Source of the DNA: Anolis carolinensis
Lineage: Eukaryota
DNA: 64,000 nucleotides
Direction of reading: 5' to 3'
Assembly (NCBI RefSeq): GCF_035594765.1
Contig: NC_085843.1
Location: forward strand, 215,551,971 to 215,615,970
Part shown: piece after piece, positions 11,795-24,492 of the stretch
Position numbering within the stretch: position 1 is the stretch's first letter
Layout: the number at the start of each line of letters is the position of its first letter
Made by a program: the position numbers and the translations under genes
The notes under the pieces: generated by a model
Told to the model about the DNA's origin: nothing
What the model saw: the letters and a program-made list of their open reading frames with translations, nothing else
The model's database searches: none

Positions 11795-12649
11795 CTTTCA
11801 ACACAGATAGACATAGTCAGGTCATGGAGGACTCTAGAAACAACTGTAAGCCCCTGCTGAAAATGTTTTTCCTTTCCCTCATGTAAATCAAACCTCACTT
11901 CATTTACAAAAGGACAAATTGTTCACTTGACATATCCTTCTACTCAAACTATACATTTTAAGCTAAGTGGAGAGGGAATGACTTTCTGAAGGTCAGCTTT
12001 TAAGCTTCATGGCTAAAAGGTGATCCAAGACGCCTACATCCACTATACTGGCTCTACAAGATTATGTACTTTCTTTTATTTAAGAAAATAGTTTTGGAAA
12101 TAATATGACAGAAATGACAATTTTAGAAAACAGATACCGATAATATACAACATGCAGTCTGCTTTACATTATTAGCAGGTTACACATATTTGTTAAACAA
12201 GAGTAATTTTGGATATTGTTCATTTCATATATTTCAATCTGTTTTACAACCACAAACTCACCAGCTTTTTCAGCCATTCTCCTCAATAGTTACACTGTTC
12301 GAGAAACAAGATGTCACATGATCTTAATCTGTGGACTCTTAATCTTTATCTTTTCTCTCTTTTAGGTTTGTTTCCATTTCTACATTTCTTTCTCCTCAGA
12401 GCTATCATAGAACCACGGAGTTGGAAGAGACCACAAGGGCTGTCCAGTCCAACTCCATTCAGATGGCCACCCACAGATGACACCCTGACAGATGGCCATC
12501 CAACTTCTGCTTCAAAACTTCCAGAGAAGGAGACTACACCACACTCCAAGACAGTGTCTACACTGTAGAATTAATGCAGTTTGACACAACTTAAACTGCC
12601 AGGACTCAATCTAGCAAACCATGTGTGTTGTAGTTTCACAACATCTTTA

Positions 12650-12882
12650 AGGAGCTGCAGTGGCGCAGTGGGTTAAACCCTTGTTCCAGCTGACCTGAAG
12701 GTTGCCAGTTCAAATCCACGAGACAGGATGAGCTCCCAGCTCTAGCTTGTGGGGACATGAGAGAAGCCTCCCAGCTAACACATCCGGATATCCCCTGGGC
12801 AATATCTCTGTAGATGGCCAATTCTCCCACACCAGAAGCAATTTGCAGAATGTTCTCAAGTTGCTTCTGACACAATAAAAAA
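12650..12882 (+). mobile_element. tRNA-derived SINE (second anole-type family, poly-A tail), inserted in a MITE
   Basis: A-box GTGGCGCAGTGG, B-box-like GTTCAAATCC, tail CTTCTGACACAATAAAAAAA; relative at 35252-35528. Confidence 0.75.
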
Positions 12883-13832
12883 ACACCCCAGTATCTTTAA
12901 CCTTTTCTGCACAGGAGTGCCGGTGCCTCACCAAAGCTACAACTTCCATGATTCCACAGCATTGAACCATGAAAGTTAAAATGGTGTCAAACTGCATTAA
13001 TTCTACAGTGTAGATGCACCCTGGACTCTCTTTTCCCCTCTTCCCTCTCCATTCTTTATGCCTTGTGTTTTGTGTCCCCTTGGGAAGATAGGGTGGAATA
13101 CAAATAAAGTTTACTATTACTTTTTTTGCCTTAAGTGTAGATTTTTTAAATGTATTCATGCTCTCTCTATGTGTAAGTCATTCTGGAAACTTGCTGGCTT
13201 AAGATGCAAAGTACAAATGCTTTACATTAATGTGACCTACTCTATTCAGGGCACCTAGATAACAGTGACACAAATAGGCTGTTATGAGTACAAGCTGGTG
13301 AACTAAAGTAGAGAAGGACTTAAAATGAGAAGAATATGCTTCACACAAATGAGGGGGAAATGGAAAGACATCCAGGAAGGGCTGAAAAGTGGGAGAGAGT
13401 GAAAATGCATGTCACCAGGAACTGAAGAAGTAAGAGAAACTGAATTTCACATATTGATATGAAATAACACTCAGATCTTCGTTTGAAGGCTTCTGACCTT
13501 ACTGTATTCAATACAAGTATTTTCAGATCATGCTTGTGCATCACAACATACCAGAGTACTGTTTTTGAAATCTGGGTTATGATGATGAGTGAGCCCATCT
13601 GGGCTAACAAGTCATGCTTTCAGATACTATATTTTATTAATCGTTTTATTAAATACACTAAACATGCATTAAAATGTTGGTGCCAACTTTCACAAAGCTT
13701 CTCCATGAAGGGAAACGGTGAGTAAGGGTTCAAATCATTTAATGCATAAATTCAGCAACAAACTAGTTAACATAAACCATAGTTTAGCATGATGTGCAAA
13801 CATGTCCTCAGCATTTACATGTAAAACCGTAC

Positions 13833-13939
13833 CGTTGAAATCAAAGATATTTCTTCTTCTTCTAACTGGAAGAAAGCTTTCCGGAAGTCTGTGAATGACC
13901 CATTGAATTTTGATTCAACTGAAGCCTTGTCCAACCATC
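13833..13939 (-). CDS. NUDT13: NUDT13 exon: WLDKASVESKFNGSFTDFRKAFFQLEEEEISLIST
   Basis: ccAG/GTAC boundaries, 107 nt, frame consistent. Confidence 0.92.
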
Positions 13940-15138
13940 CTGGAATTCAATACATCTGTAGGAATCAGATTTTGATGTTATTACCCCGCCCCACACCCTT
14001 GGTTTTCTATCAATAACTATAATTACAGCTCTGTTGCTATCACAAAGGCTGAAATACCATACAGCTAAATGAGTGTTTTAAACTGGGATCACTGCCTAAA
14101 CTCAACTGTTTAAGAATATAGTAATGGTCCTCAAAAATATTCCCTTTGCTTTAGATATTGCAAATAAGGCACCATATCCTGGAGAATATACAGAAACTGT
14201 TCTGGGGATGGGTTGCCCATTCTCTTCCTTAGCCTCTGCACCCAGCTTCAAAGAATCGAACACATGAAACATGGAAGGTCCCTTGAAAGTGAAATTCCTG
14301 ATGGTATTTTAGCTGTATCTGCATCTATCCTTATCTCTTTGTAAATGAATGCAAAGCTTACAAAAAGTCACAAGCATCCCTCCAAGGAAAACCATGCCTG
14401 GGTGAATACTCCATACCATAAACATCCCACAGCTCAAGAGACCTGCAGTGACGACATGCTAGCTTAAACTGATTTAAAATGAGCAGGATGGACTTTATAT
14501 GTGAAGAATGAAAGTTAAATATAAAAACAAAAGATAAAATAAAACGGGGAAGTACTTGATATGTATATTTCCATTTTGAGGGGATTCATCCACCAAGGCT
14601 ACTGCAGTTGTCTCTGTTCTATAAACAGGCCTGAAAACAGATTGGAATGGATCACAATGTATTTTTTTATCCATACACTTTCTATTTTACCTCTAATCTT
14701 CTTGTGAGACATCTTTAGTCTGGTTCTGATAAAAAGGTCGATAGAATTTAAATAAGGAAGCTATAAAACTGATAATAACTAACAATCATTTTATTCACAT
14801 ATATCTCATTGGGATTTCCTTCTGTGTAAATGTTTGAGTGTTAGACTGCTTAGCCATGAAACCCATTGGATGACCTTGGACAAGCCAGAGGTTGGATCTA
14901 CACTGCCATATAATGCCATTGGAATCTGCATTGTATGGTCAGCGCACACCCAAATAATGCAGTTCAATACTCTCTCCGCCTCAAAGAAAAGCAAAAGCTG
15001 TGAGAGTGTGATAAGGTCACTATAAATCAGAAATGACTTGAAGGCACACAGCAATAAAACGTTGGGGGATTCAGCTTTGTGCTATCCAGAATATATCAAG
15101 CTGGGGTCTGATAAAGTGACATAAAATGCAATACAAAC

Positions 15139-15246
15139 CTAGATCCAGAGCAAAATATGGTGTGCATTCATCTGAACAGCCAACAAGCATGGAATCCTCC
15201 ATTCTCTGTTCATCCTGTTTAACTTCCACCAAAAACTTTTTAATTT
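15139..15246 (-). CDS. NUDT13: NUDT13 exon: IKKFLVEVKQDEQRMEDSMLVGCSDECTPYFALDL
   Basis: ttttAG/GTTTGT boundaries, 108 nt; FALDLG motif. Confidence 0.9.
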   Translation of the reverse strand, partial: KLKSFWWKLNRMNREWRIPCLLAVQMNAHHILLWI

Positions 15247-15916
15247 CTAAAAACCGAGAGAACAAAGGGAAAAGTTTAAAGAGGGCTACATAAACCACCA
15301 AAGTTGTGGTTCTTTGTTACAGCACTGCTGTCCTACAGTCACAATACGAGTTCTTAGTAAGGGTGGTTTGTGGCCCTAATAAGAGAAGGGGTGTCTCACA
15401 CTGACTTGGTCGAGTGGACCCTCTGCCGCACACAATTCAAACCACGAACCACAAGTGATGCTGGGCAAATCACAGAATGTCAAGGATGGACAGTTTTATA
15501 ATATTGGCTCTCTAAAGATACACTATATGACTAACTCAGTTTGACATCACTTTCTTTGCTGTGGCTCAAAACTATGGAATCATGGACATTTAGTTTTACA
15601 AGTTGTTAGCTTTCTCTGCCAAAGAGTGCTAGTGCCTCACCAAACTGCAACTCCCACAATCCCCTAGTATTGAGCCAGGCATTTAAAGTGCACTGATTCT
15701 ACAATGAAAGTGCACCCTAAAATAGTCAAAAGAACAGCAGTTTTATAAGTGGGTTGCTGTGGGTTTTCAGGCTGTACGGCCATGTTCCAGTAGCATTCTC
15801 TCCTGACGTGTTGCCTGCATCTATGGCAGGCATTCTCAGGTTTTTTTCAGAGGTCAGTGCTTGATTCTTACACTACACAAATATAGTGCTATTAATACTA
15901 CTACTACTACTACTAC

Positions 15917-15956
<40 letters not shown>

Positions 15957-16188
15957 ACCGGTATATCCTGCCACCATCTCCCAGAGGGACTCGGGGTAGC
16001 TCACAAAACACTCAAGGTGTAACATGCAAAATACATCAAGTGCAAAACAAAACATAAACAATAAACAGTCACTATAACATCACTAATTTCACAGTATCCC
16101 CTGGTAAAAACAATGAAATACAGTGACTGCTGTAGGTAAAAACAGCAGTATTCAACGTCAGAATTGTAAAGTGTTTATTAGAGAATCT

Positions 16189-16342
16189 AAGGGCCCTTCC
16201 ACACAACCATATAACCCAGAACATCAAGGCAGAAAATCCCATAATATCTGCTTTGAACTGGGTTATCTGAGTCCACACTGCCATATATTCCAGTTCAAAA
16301 CAGAAAATGTGGGATTTCATTCAGCTGTGTGGAAGGGGCCTA
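16189..16342. mobile_element. Short palindromic MITE, PIF/Harbinger-like (relatives at ~1590-1722, 5500-5632, 17075-17370, 34312-34463, 36587-36739)
   Basis: TIR GGCCCTTCCACACA / TGTGTGGAAGGGGCC flanked by TAA-like triplets. Confidence 0.7.
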
Positions 16343-16733
16343 AGGTCCTCATTTGTATTATTAAATAATCTAAACATGATCAAAGGCTTGTCTTTAATTG
16401 TGTGGAAGGTTTGGAGGGTGGGGGCTGGTATTAATTGCAGGGTTTGCAGTTTAGTGCAGAACCAGATTTTCTAAGAGCTGAGAATTATTCATGGCTCTCC
16501 CTACTCCCAGTCCTAGATGCTATGTAGTGTTGTAATGGAAGTTAAAGTGGAATATAATGTTAAAACTGTATAGTGTGAATGAGCCCGATACCTTTTCTTT
16601 CACAATATTTCCACACTCCTCACTTAAATGTAAGAGCATGCAACAAAAGCATTTTTAGACCTTAGCGTATGGTACTTCTAAAAATAAAGTGTTCATTATT
16701 CTTGAAAATGTCTGTTATATGAAAACAAATTAC

Positions 16734-16873
16734 CTGCTGCATTTATCTTTGGGGCCCAGAACCTTTTTTCCTTTTGCCGCAAGAGGGGGGAGAGGTTGTG
16801 AAACAGGAAAAATGCTCCTGAATTATAGGCCTGCTGACAAGCATTATCATTTTCTTTTAATTCGAACATGTAT
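16734..16873 (-). CDS. NUDT13: NUDT13 exon: YMFELKENDNACQQAYNSGAFFLFHNLSPLL...
   Basis: tgcAG/GTAA boundaries, 140 nt, frame consistent. Confidence 0.93.
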
Positions 16874-17494
16874 CTGCAAGTGGGAAAGGATCACATAGAA
16901 TTCTGCTTTTAAAGCAAAAGTGACGATTTCTAAAAATATAATTACACAGGAAGGGATTAAAGAAAGGGAGGAAGAAAAAGAAACCAGGATTTACATAGGA
17001 TATGGACACAGTATATGTGTATGCTTTCAAATCACGTATCAAGTTATGAATTGTTAATTTCATAGGGTTTTCATAGGCCCCTTCTACATTGCCATATAAA
17101 ATCCAGATTATTTTATTTGAACTGGATTATATGGCAGTGTATACTCATATAATTCAGTTCAAAGCAGGTAATGTGGATTATCTATTTAGATAAAACTGGA
17201 TTTTATGGCAGTATAGAGGGGACCTCAGGCCCTTTCTACACTCTCCTATATCCCAGGATCTGATCCCAGATTATCTGCTTTAAACTGGATTATATGAGTC
17301 TCAACTGCCAGATAAGACAATAATCTGGGATCGGATCCTGGAGTGTAGGGGCAATGTGGAAGGGGCCTAAGGCAAAGAATATTAAGAAGAGGGTGTCCCA
17401 GTTTCCTTCTTTAAAATATAGCCTCCCATCCAAGTACTAACTAGAGCTGACTCTTCCAATATCAGAAAATCTAATGTCTTTAGGGCATTGACTA

Positions 17495-17828
17495 AAGGTA
17501 AAGGTAAAGATTTTCCCCTGACATTAAGTCTAGTTGTGTCTGACTCTGGTGGTTGTCTGCTCATCTCAATTTCTAAGCCGAAGAGCCAGTGTTGTCCATA
17601 GACACCTCCAAGGTCATGTGGTCGGCGTGACTGAATGGAGCGTGTTACCTTCCCACCAGAGCGGTACCTATTGATCTAATTACATTTGCATCTTTTGAAC
17701 TGCTAGGTTGGCAGAAGCTGAAGCTAACAGCAGAAGTTCATCCCGCTCCTCGGATTCGAACCGCCAACATTTCGGTCAGCAAGTTCAGCTGCTCAGCAGT
17801 TTAATCCGCTGCACCACTGAGGGCTCCG
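17495..17828 (-). mobile_element. Full-length Sauria SINE
   Basis: tRNA-like head, (ACCTTT)n tail, 14-bp TSD TAGGGCAT(T/G)GACTA at 17481-17494 and 17829-17842. Confidence 0.9.
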
Positions 17829-18560
17829 TAGGGCATGGACTAGAGGCATATATAATATTATTATACCATATTTCCTCCTAGAAGTTGTTTCATGACATTT
17901 AAATGTATAAAATAAAAGTTCATAGCTAAAGCTATACTTGTTGAATGACAGATGGAGAATGTTTATTTTTTCCACTGATTAATATATCCATCCGTTCTCC
18001 TAATATGAGCTCTATAGTGGTTAACAGCATGGATTAAGTCAGAACAAAATTATGAGAAGAACAAAGGCTTTAAAACAATCCAAGTAAGAGACAAAATTCA
18101 ACAATGTGAATATAAAGGAAGCACATAAAACATAATTGTGAAGAAAAAGTCCACTGTGCCCGAGATCATTCAATTATAACTATTTAATAATAAAAAGCCT
18201 ATTAAAAACATAAAATGTTTTGCCTGCCAGTGGGGGAAAAACACAGTCATTGAGAAGGTCCTCACCAAGAGAAGACCTGCTATGAGGATCTCAAAATCAG
18301 ACAGATTCATATACTGGTAGGTCCTTCACATAGTCTATTCTGTTACTGGAGCACTTGTGTCCAGTAACAGAATAGTAGCCAGATTTATGTTTCTTGTAAA
18401 CAGCACTACCCTTAAATAAAACCTCAAGCAATAAAGTGATAGAACACTTTCAAAATACGGGATTAATACTTCATCATATTAGCAACAAGGTAAGAGGGTG
18501 AAAAAGAAAATAAAAGCATTTAACAGGATTAAGCCGCCTTTCTATGCAATCATAACTTAC

Positions 18561-18646
18561 CTCATTCTCATGACATAGTTTGAATTGAACCTGCAACATA
18601 ATGATGTGCTTCTATACCCGGTCCGACACACCAAAAATATTGCCAT
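18561..18646 (-). CDS. NUDT13: NUDT13 first coding exon, probable mitochondrial targeting peptide MAIFLVCRTGYRSTSLCCRFNSNYVMRMR
   Basis: ATG at 18646, GTAAG donor; Arg/Ser-rich with no acidic residues; acceptor at 18654 or 18647. Confidence 0.88.
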
Positions 18647-19036
18647 TCTATGTGCTTTAAAAAGAACAGAAAGATATTTAATGGAACCAGTAGCTTTACT
18701 GATCGATTATTAATTTTCCCCAGATGACTGCTAGAAAACTGTCTCACTCAAAAGAGAAAGAATGCATGAAGTCTGAGAAAAGACATTTGAAAATACATTG
18801 TACTATTCCCTGGAGAACATTAAGTGGAAGGCAGGTCAGAATAGTTTCAGTTTAAGTTTTGTCACACACATACACATCTACAGTACATTTATGATTGTAT
18901 GTCTTCAAGTCGACTGATGGGAACCCTAAGGTGAAGCTCTCATGGGATTTTCTGAGGCTAAAGTCAGCCAGTGGGTTTTCATGACAAAGTGAGGATTGGA
19001 TCCATTCTCCAGAGTTGTAGTGCAATGCTCTAATAA

Positions 19037-19257
19037 NNNNNNNNNNNNNNNNNNNNNNNNNNNNNNNNNNNNNNNNNNNNNNNNNNNNNNNNNNNNNNNN
19101 NNNNNNNNNNNNNNNNNNNNNNNNNNNNNNNNNNNNNNNNNNNNNNNNNNNNNNNNNNNNNNNNNNNNNNNNNNNNNNNNNNNNNNNNNNNNNNNNNNNN
19201 NNNNNNNNNNNNNNNNNNNNNNNNNNNNNNNNNNNNNNNNNNNNNNNNNNNNNNNNN
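19037..19257. other. Assembly gap (run of N)
   Basis: 221 N. Confidence 1.
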
Positions 19258-20430
19258 CACGCGTTGCTGTGGCAAAGTGTGGTGGTATGGGAAATAAAGT
19301 ATTGAGGAATTGGTGGAAGTTCGTATATGTTATTTCCTAAAGCTCGTGAATATACAATATTTCTGGTTGTTCCTTTGTTTTGTCTGTTGGAGGCAAGTAT
19401 GAATGCTGCAGTTAGCCAGAATGATTAGCATGTAATGGCCTTTCAGCTTCAAAGCCTGGCTGCTTCCTCCCTGGGGAATCTTTTGTTGGGAGTTGTTAAC
19501 TGCCCCTGATTGTATCATGTCTGGAATTCCCGTTTTCAGAGTGTTGTTCTTTATTTACTGTTCTGATTTTAGAGTGTTTTAATACTTGAAACCAGATTGT
19601 GTTCATTTTCATGGTTTACAGCAACACAATAATATTAATATTAATAATAATAGTAATAATAATGACTCTGATAATACACACTACTTTTCTCCCTCCTCAG
19701 CTTCCTGACTGGGCCTGGGTGAATCCTTTGTTGGGAGGTGTTACCTGGCCCTGATTGTTTCCTGTTTGGAATTCTCCTGTTTTCAGTGTTGTTCTTTATT
19801 TACTGTCCTGATTTTAGAGATTATATTGTTCTGTTTTATTATACCACAGTAATTTTATATATTATATTTATAATCTTATATTATTTGCTTTGAACTGGAT
19901 TATATGAGGCCCCTTCTACACAACTGTAAAAAAAATCCACATTGAACTGGATTTTATTTATTTATTTATTTATTTATTTTATATACCACTCTTCTCCCCT
20001 AGGGGGACCCAATGTGGACTCAAGATATTCCAGTTCAAAGCAGATACTATGGATTATGTGCCTTGGCATTCAGGGTTATATAGCTGTGTGAAAGGGCCTT
20101 GAATCTACACAACCATATAATCCAGTTCAAATCAGATAATCTGTATTTTATAGGCAGTGTGGAAGAGGCCTAAGTGAACCCTCAATCATTGTGGCTGAGG
20201 CGGTTGCTAGGATACAAAGTGAGCGAGGCCTAATGGGGACAGGGCCTACCCTTCTGACTGGCAGCCAGGGGGAGAACGGCTGTTTCTTGTCCTCTGTAAT
20301 TTGAACTTTATTTTTCTACGTTTTTTTATTGAAAGACATAGATGGGATGACTATGTCTTTTGTGGCCAGATTTGGTGTGATTTGGTTCAGTGGTTTTGTT
20401 GTCTACTCCATGGGAAAAATGTACATATGC
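19258..20430 (-). mobile_element. Composite Helitron-like element carrying Penelope and MITE fragments
   Basis: 19258-19315 is the reverse complement of the 5395-5443 subterminus; Penelope pieces at ~19380-19615 and 19700-19820; MITE pieces at 19890-20170. Confidence 0.6.
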
Positions 20431-20726
20431 ATATCTATGGTTAAAAGAAACTTTTCTTTATTTCTAGGAACTTTTTCTGAATCTACATCAAGTATGGGCA
20501 AACTTGGGCCCTCCTGGTGTTTTGGACTTCAACTCCCACAATTCCGGCTGTTAGGAATTGTGGGAGTTGAAGTCCAAAACACCAGGAGGGCCCAAGTTTG
20601 CTCATGCCTCGATCGACGTTTGGACTTTAATTTTCGTCCTCGAAAAGACGGCATCTATCCACCAAACTTCTGTAGACTCTGAAGTTAAAGGTACAGAAGG
20701 AATGAATGCATTTACCATTCACTTAC

Positions 20727-20920
20727 TGTTTTCCAAACCCCACCAGTTTCCGCCCGCAGGAAGCATTCCCCAATCTCTCCTCCGGAATGAGCCAAAGGAA
20801 TCTGACCGGAGAGGACTCTGCCCAGTTTGCCTGCTAAATATAAACTACACTTCCCACAATCCTTTCTCTGACAAAGGAGCTCTGAGAAGTGTAGTTCCGA
20901 AAGCATGAACCCGGAAGTAT
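20727..20920 (-). promoter_or_regulatory. NUDT13: NUDT13 non-coding exon 1 and core promoter
   Basis: CA|GTAAGT donor at 20727/20726; local CpG; ETS site CCGGAAGT at 20911-20918; ZNF143-type ACTACACTTCCCACAATCC at 20844-20862. Confidence 0.7.
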
Positions 20921-21347
20921 ATCTATTAGTAGAACTAAAGGGCGCGTTCGAAATCCATGCAGTTTGACCCCGCTATGGGTCAAGGCTATGGAATCCTGGG
21001 AGTTGTAGTTGTAAACGCTCTTTAGCCTCTGCCCAAGAGCGCTGGTTCCTCACCAAACTACAACTCCCGGCATCCCACAGTATTGAGCCATGGAAGTTAA
21101 AGGGGTGTCAAACTGCGTTGATTCTACAGTGTAGGAGAGATGCACCCAGAGTAAGATTTTTTGGAGGAGGGGAGAAATCCCTTTTGTACCAAATAGGTGT
21201 TATTGCACTTAGTTTTGGGGCTGGACAATGCTGCCTTGGTCCCATGCCAACAAAAAGGCAGGATACAAATTTAATTTAATATATAAATAAATCTATACAC
21301 ATAATATCTATCTATCCATCTCTCTATACACATCTATCGATCTATAC

Positions 21348-21477
21348 CAGGCATAGGCGAACTTAGGCCCTCCAGGTGTTTCAGACTGCTAGTCCCACCA
21401 TTCCTAACAGCCGGCTGTTAGGAATTGTGGGAGTTGCCGTCCAAAACACCTGGAGGGCCTAAGTTTGCCTATTCCTG
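21348..21477. mobile_element. hAT MITE (sister copy ~20487-20608)
   Basis: Long TIRs CAGGCATAGGCGAACTT...; 8-bp TSD ATCTATAC. Confidence 0.85.
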
Positions 21478-21508
21478 ATCTATACACATCTATCTTCTGT
21501 ACACATAA

Positions 21509-21831
21509 TAATAGAGTCTCTCTTATCCAACATAAACGGGCCGGCAAAACGTCGGATAAGCGAATATGTTGTATAATAAGGAGAGATTAAGGAAAAGCCT
21601 ATTAAACATCAAATTAGGTTATGATTTTACAAATTAAGCACCAAAACATCATGTTATACAACAAATTTGACAGAAAAAGTAGTTCAATCTGCTGTAATGC
21701 TACATAGTAATTACTGTATTTACAAATTTAGCACCAAAATAGCATGATGTATTGAAAACACTGACTACAAAAACGTATTGAATAATCCAGAACATTGGAT
21801 AAGCGAGTATTGGATAAGTGAGATTCTACTG
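21509..21831. mobile_element. Tc1/mariner-type MITE (same family at 39153-39475 and ~47780-48174)
   Basis: TIR (C)AGTAGAGTCTC..TTATCC; near-identical internal sequence among copies. Confidence 0.85.
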
Positions 21832-23140
21832 TAGTGAAAATCTGTATGTGTGAATGTGGCACAGGTGTCTGCTCATACAGACAGTCTCCGGACTCCACAG
21901 ACAGGCTATAGTTCCCAGTGCTGTGGAGCCACCAAGTCACTCCCACCCAGGACATTGCAGGTCACAGCAAGCACATCCCAGTGTTCTTTTCTATTTGCAT
22001 GACCCCGCCCACTGCCTCTCCCTTAACCCTTTCCTACCCTTTGCCTATGGCACACAGCAAACAGAGGAATTGAGAGGTACCTGGAATTAACTTGGCTCTC
22101 GAATGACTGACAGAGGGCAGGATGACCAGTGAGACAAAAGAATACATAGTTTTTGAGCAAATCACATCGTCTCTATCTTGAGATGAACAAAATGGGGCCA
22201 TCAGGTCCCTGATGATTATGGGTTTGTCCTTTGTATTGTGAGTGACCCATCAAGGTGGGTTGGGCACCCATGGTGCCCATGTCCATTGTAGTCCATGTCA
22301 GTGTATTGTCCAAAGTGATGGGAATATGAAATCCGTCCCTGGGAAAGGGGGAAATTGCATTTTGGAAAGTGGGACAGGACCTCCTGGTATCAGGGAAGAG
22401 TGCCAGGTGTTAATGTTCTTTTTTGTGTCCATGTGGTTGCACAAAGGAAGGGTGGCCCAATCTCTCGGGATCCTGTTATCCCTTATACAGCCAGTCTTAC
22501 GGGAGCCAGTAAAGATGGATTGGTTCCATAGATGATGGGTGCTTGAGTCCATTGTTGATATGATAAACAGGCTAGAGGGGATTCCAGGATCAAGGGGTGC
22601 CGGTAAAGGTTATCTGAGTTTTGATCGGTGGCTTTATATTTCCAAAAGTTCATATAAAACATAAAATATGATATATTACACACACAAGAGGGTTCGTGAA
22701 TATTGGGGTACTCAGTTGTGGAAGCCAGGGTATCCATTGGGGCAAGGGTTGACTCAGGGTTAAGGTAAAGGAGGTATATACTTTGGGGAGAAGAAAAGAG
22801 GAAGCCCAGCTCTTAGGGATGTGGGGCAAAATGGTTACCGGGGCAAGCTGCAAAAAGCAAAGAGAAGAGATAAAGACACAGGAGGCAGAAAGGAGATAAA
22901 GAATCAGAGATAAGGGTAACACACCCAAGTGTATGTTTATTAGCAGGTTATTTTGTATCAAGTGGGGAAAAGGGGTTATGATACGGGGTATCACTGAGGC
23001 TGGTAGCTGCTGCAGGTCTTCTCTGTTCCCCCAGCCAGTGGGCCCACTGGTCTCTGGGCTACCGCTCCTCTACTGGAGTCTCTGCCACGGTTCTAATCTC
23101 ATACATTTATTAATTTGACCGAGAGGGAGTCGGTGCTTGA

Positions 23141-23440
23141 CATCATAAGAGGGAGCAGGCTTGTTTTCTGCTGCCCTGGAAACTAGGACTCGGAGCAATG
23201 GGTTCAAATTACAAGAAACAAGATTCCACTTGAACATTACGAAGAACTTCCTGACTGTACAAGCTGTTCAACAGTGGAACTCAGTGCCTTGGAGTGTGGT
23301 GGAAGTTCCTTCCTCAGAAGCTTTTAAACAGAGGCTGGATGGCCATCTGTCAGGGGTACTTTGATTGTGCTTTTCCTGCATGACAGGGGGTTGGACTATA
23401 TTGCCCATGTGGTCTTCCAGCTCTATGATTCTATGATTCT
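23141..23440 (+). mobile_element. CR1 LINE 3' end (other CR1 ends at ~12405-12545 minus and ~48405-48555 plus)
   Basis: TRSNGFKL..RFHLNI.KNFLTV.AV.QWN motif; (ATTCTATG)n tail. Confidence 0.9.
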
Positions 23441-24033
23441 AAAGGGTAAAAACATCAGTAACATATGATATCCTTATTGGGAAATCTTGGGTGTACAAAA
23501 AGAAAAAATATTGATACAACAAAGTAGCAATATATCGAAATTGCACATTTCCCAAAGGAAAAAAGTCATTAAAATTAGCTTTACAGTTGCAAATAAGATA
23601 ATTAATGGTGACAAAAGGAGCATCAGGGCACATTTAAAGATGGGCCACAAGACTGCCCACACTTTCATGTCATTAAAACTATCTAAAATGGAGAGATCCC
23701 ATCCCACCTTAAATTACCCGTCTTTAGCCATTTCTAAACAAATGGGGAGCCCTGGAGTGGATTGCTCACAATTCCAAAAACCACAGTTTCTACACACTTT
23801 AGAAACAGAGTCCCATGGGCAACCGATAAAAGTACTTCTGTGTTGTTTGACGGGTTCCGTCTTTAAAATGTGTCTTTTAAGTGTTTACAATTGTGGGAAA
23901 GCCAGTGTATGGTAGGGTCAATACTTCATGGGTAACCTTGTAACATGATATGTACAGCATGGAAAACACGAATAAACTACAGGTTGGATCTCTAGCATAC
24001 AAATTGCTTGGGATCAGAAGTGTTAGATTTTGG

Positions 24034-24084
<51 letters not shown>

Positions 24085-24222
24085 GCCTATATTTGTAAAT
24101 ACATTCATAATGATCTGTATTGCAGATGGGGCACAAACCTAAACACATTTCAAATGTACCTTATATGCATTGCCTAAAAGTAGTTTTATACAATATTTGT
24201 AATAATTTTGTATATGAACAAA

Positions 24223-24492
24223 GGATTCCCCCAGACATGAAGAAGCCAGGCCATGAAGCTGGCCAGACGATTAATGCTAATCAAGGTGATTAATTACAAC
24301 ATTCCCACTGGCCTCCAGCAGACAAGAGTTCTTTCTCACACCCTGGACCTTCCACAGATATATAAACCCCACTTGCCTAGTTTTCAACATACCTCACAAC
24401 CTCTGAGGATGCCTGCCATAGATGCGGGTAAAACGTCAGGAGAGAATGCTTCTGGAATATGGCCATACAACCCGGAAAACACACAACAACCC
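24223..24492 (+). mobile_element. Penelope pLTR fragment with near-intact hammerhead, nested in a Tigger-like MITE
   Basis: CCT-CTGAGGA-stem-(A)AAAC-GTC-AGG at 24400-24440. Confidence 0.8.

Noticed and set aside
18996-19340. ORFs across the N run
   Set aside because: Assembly-gap artefact
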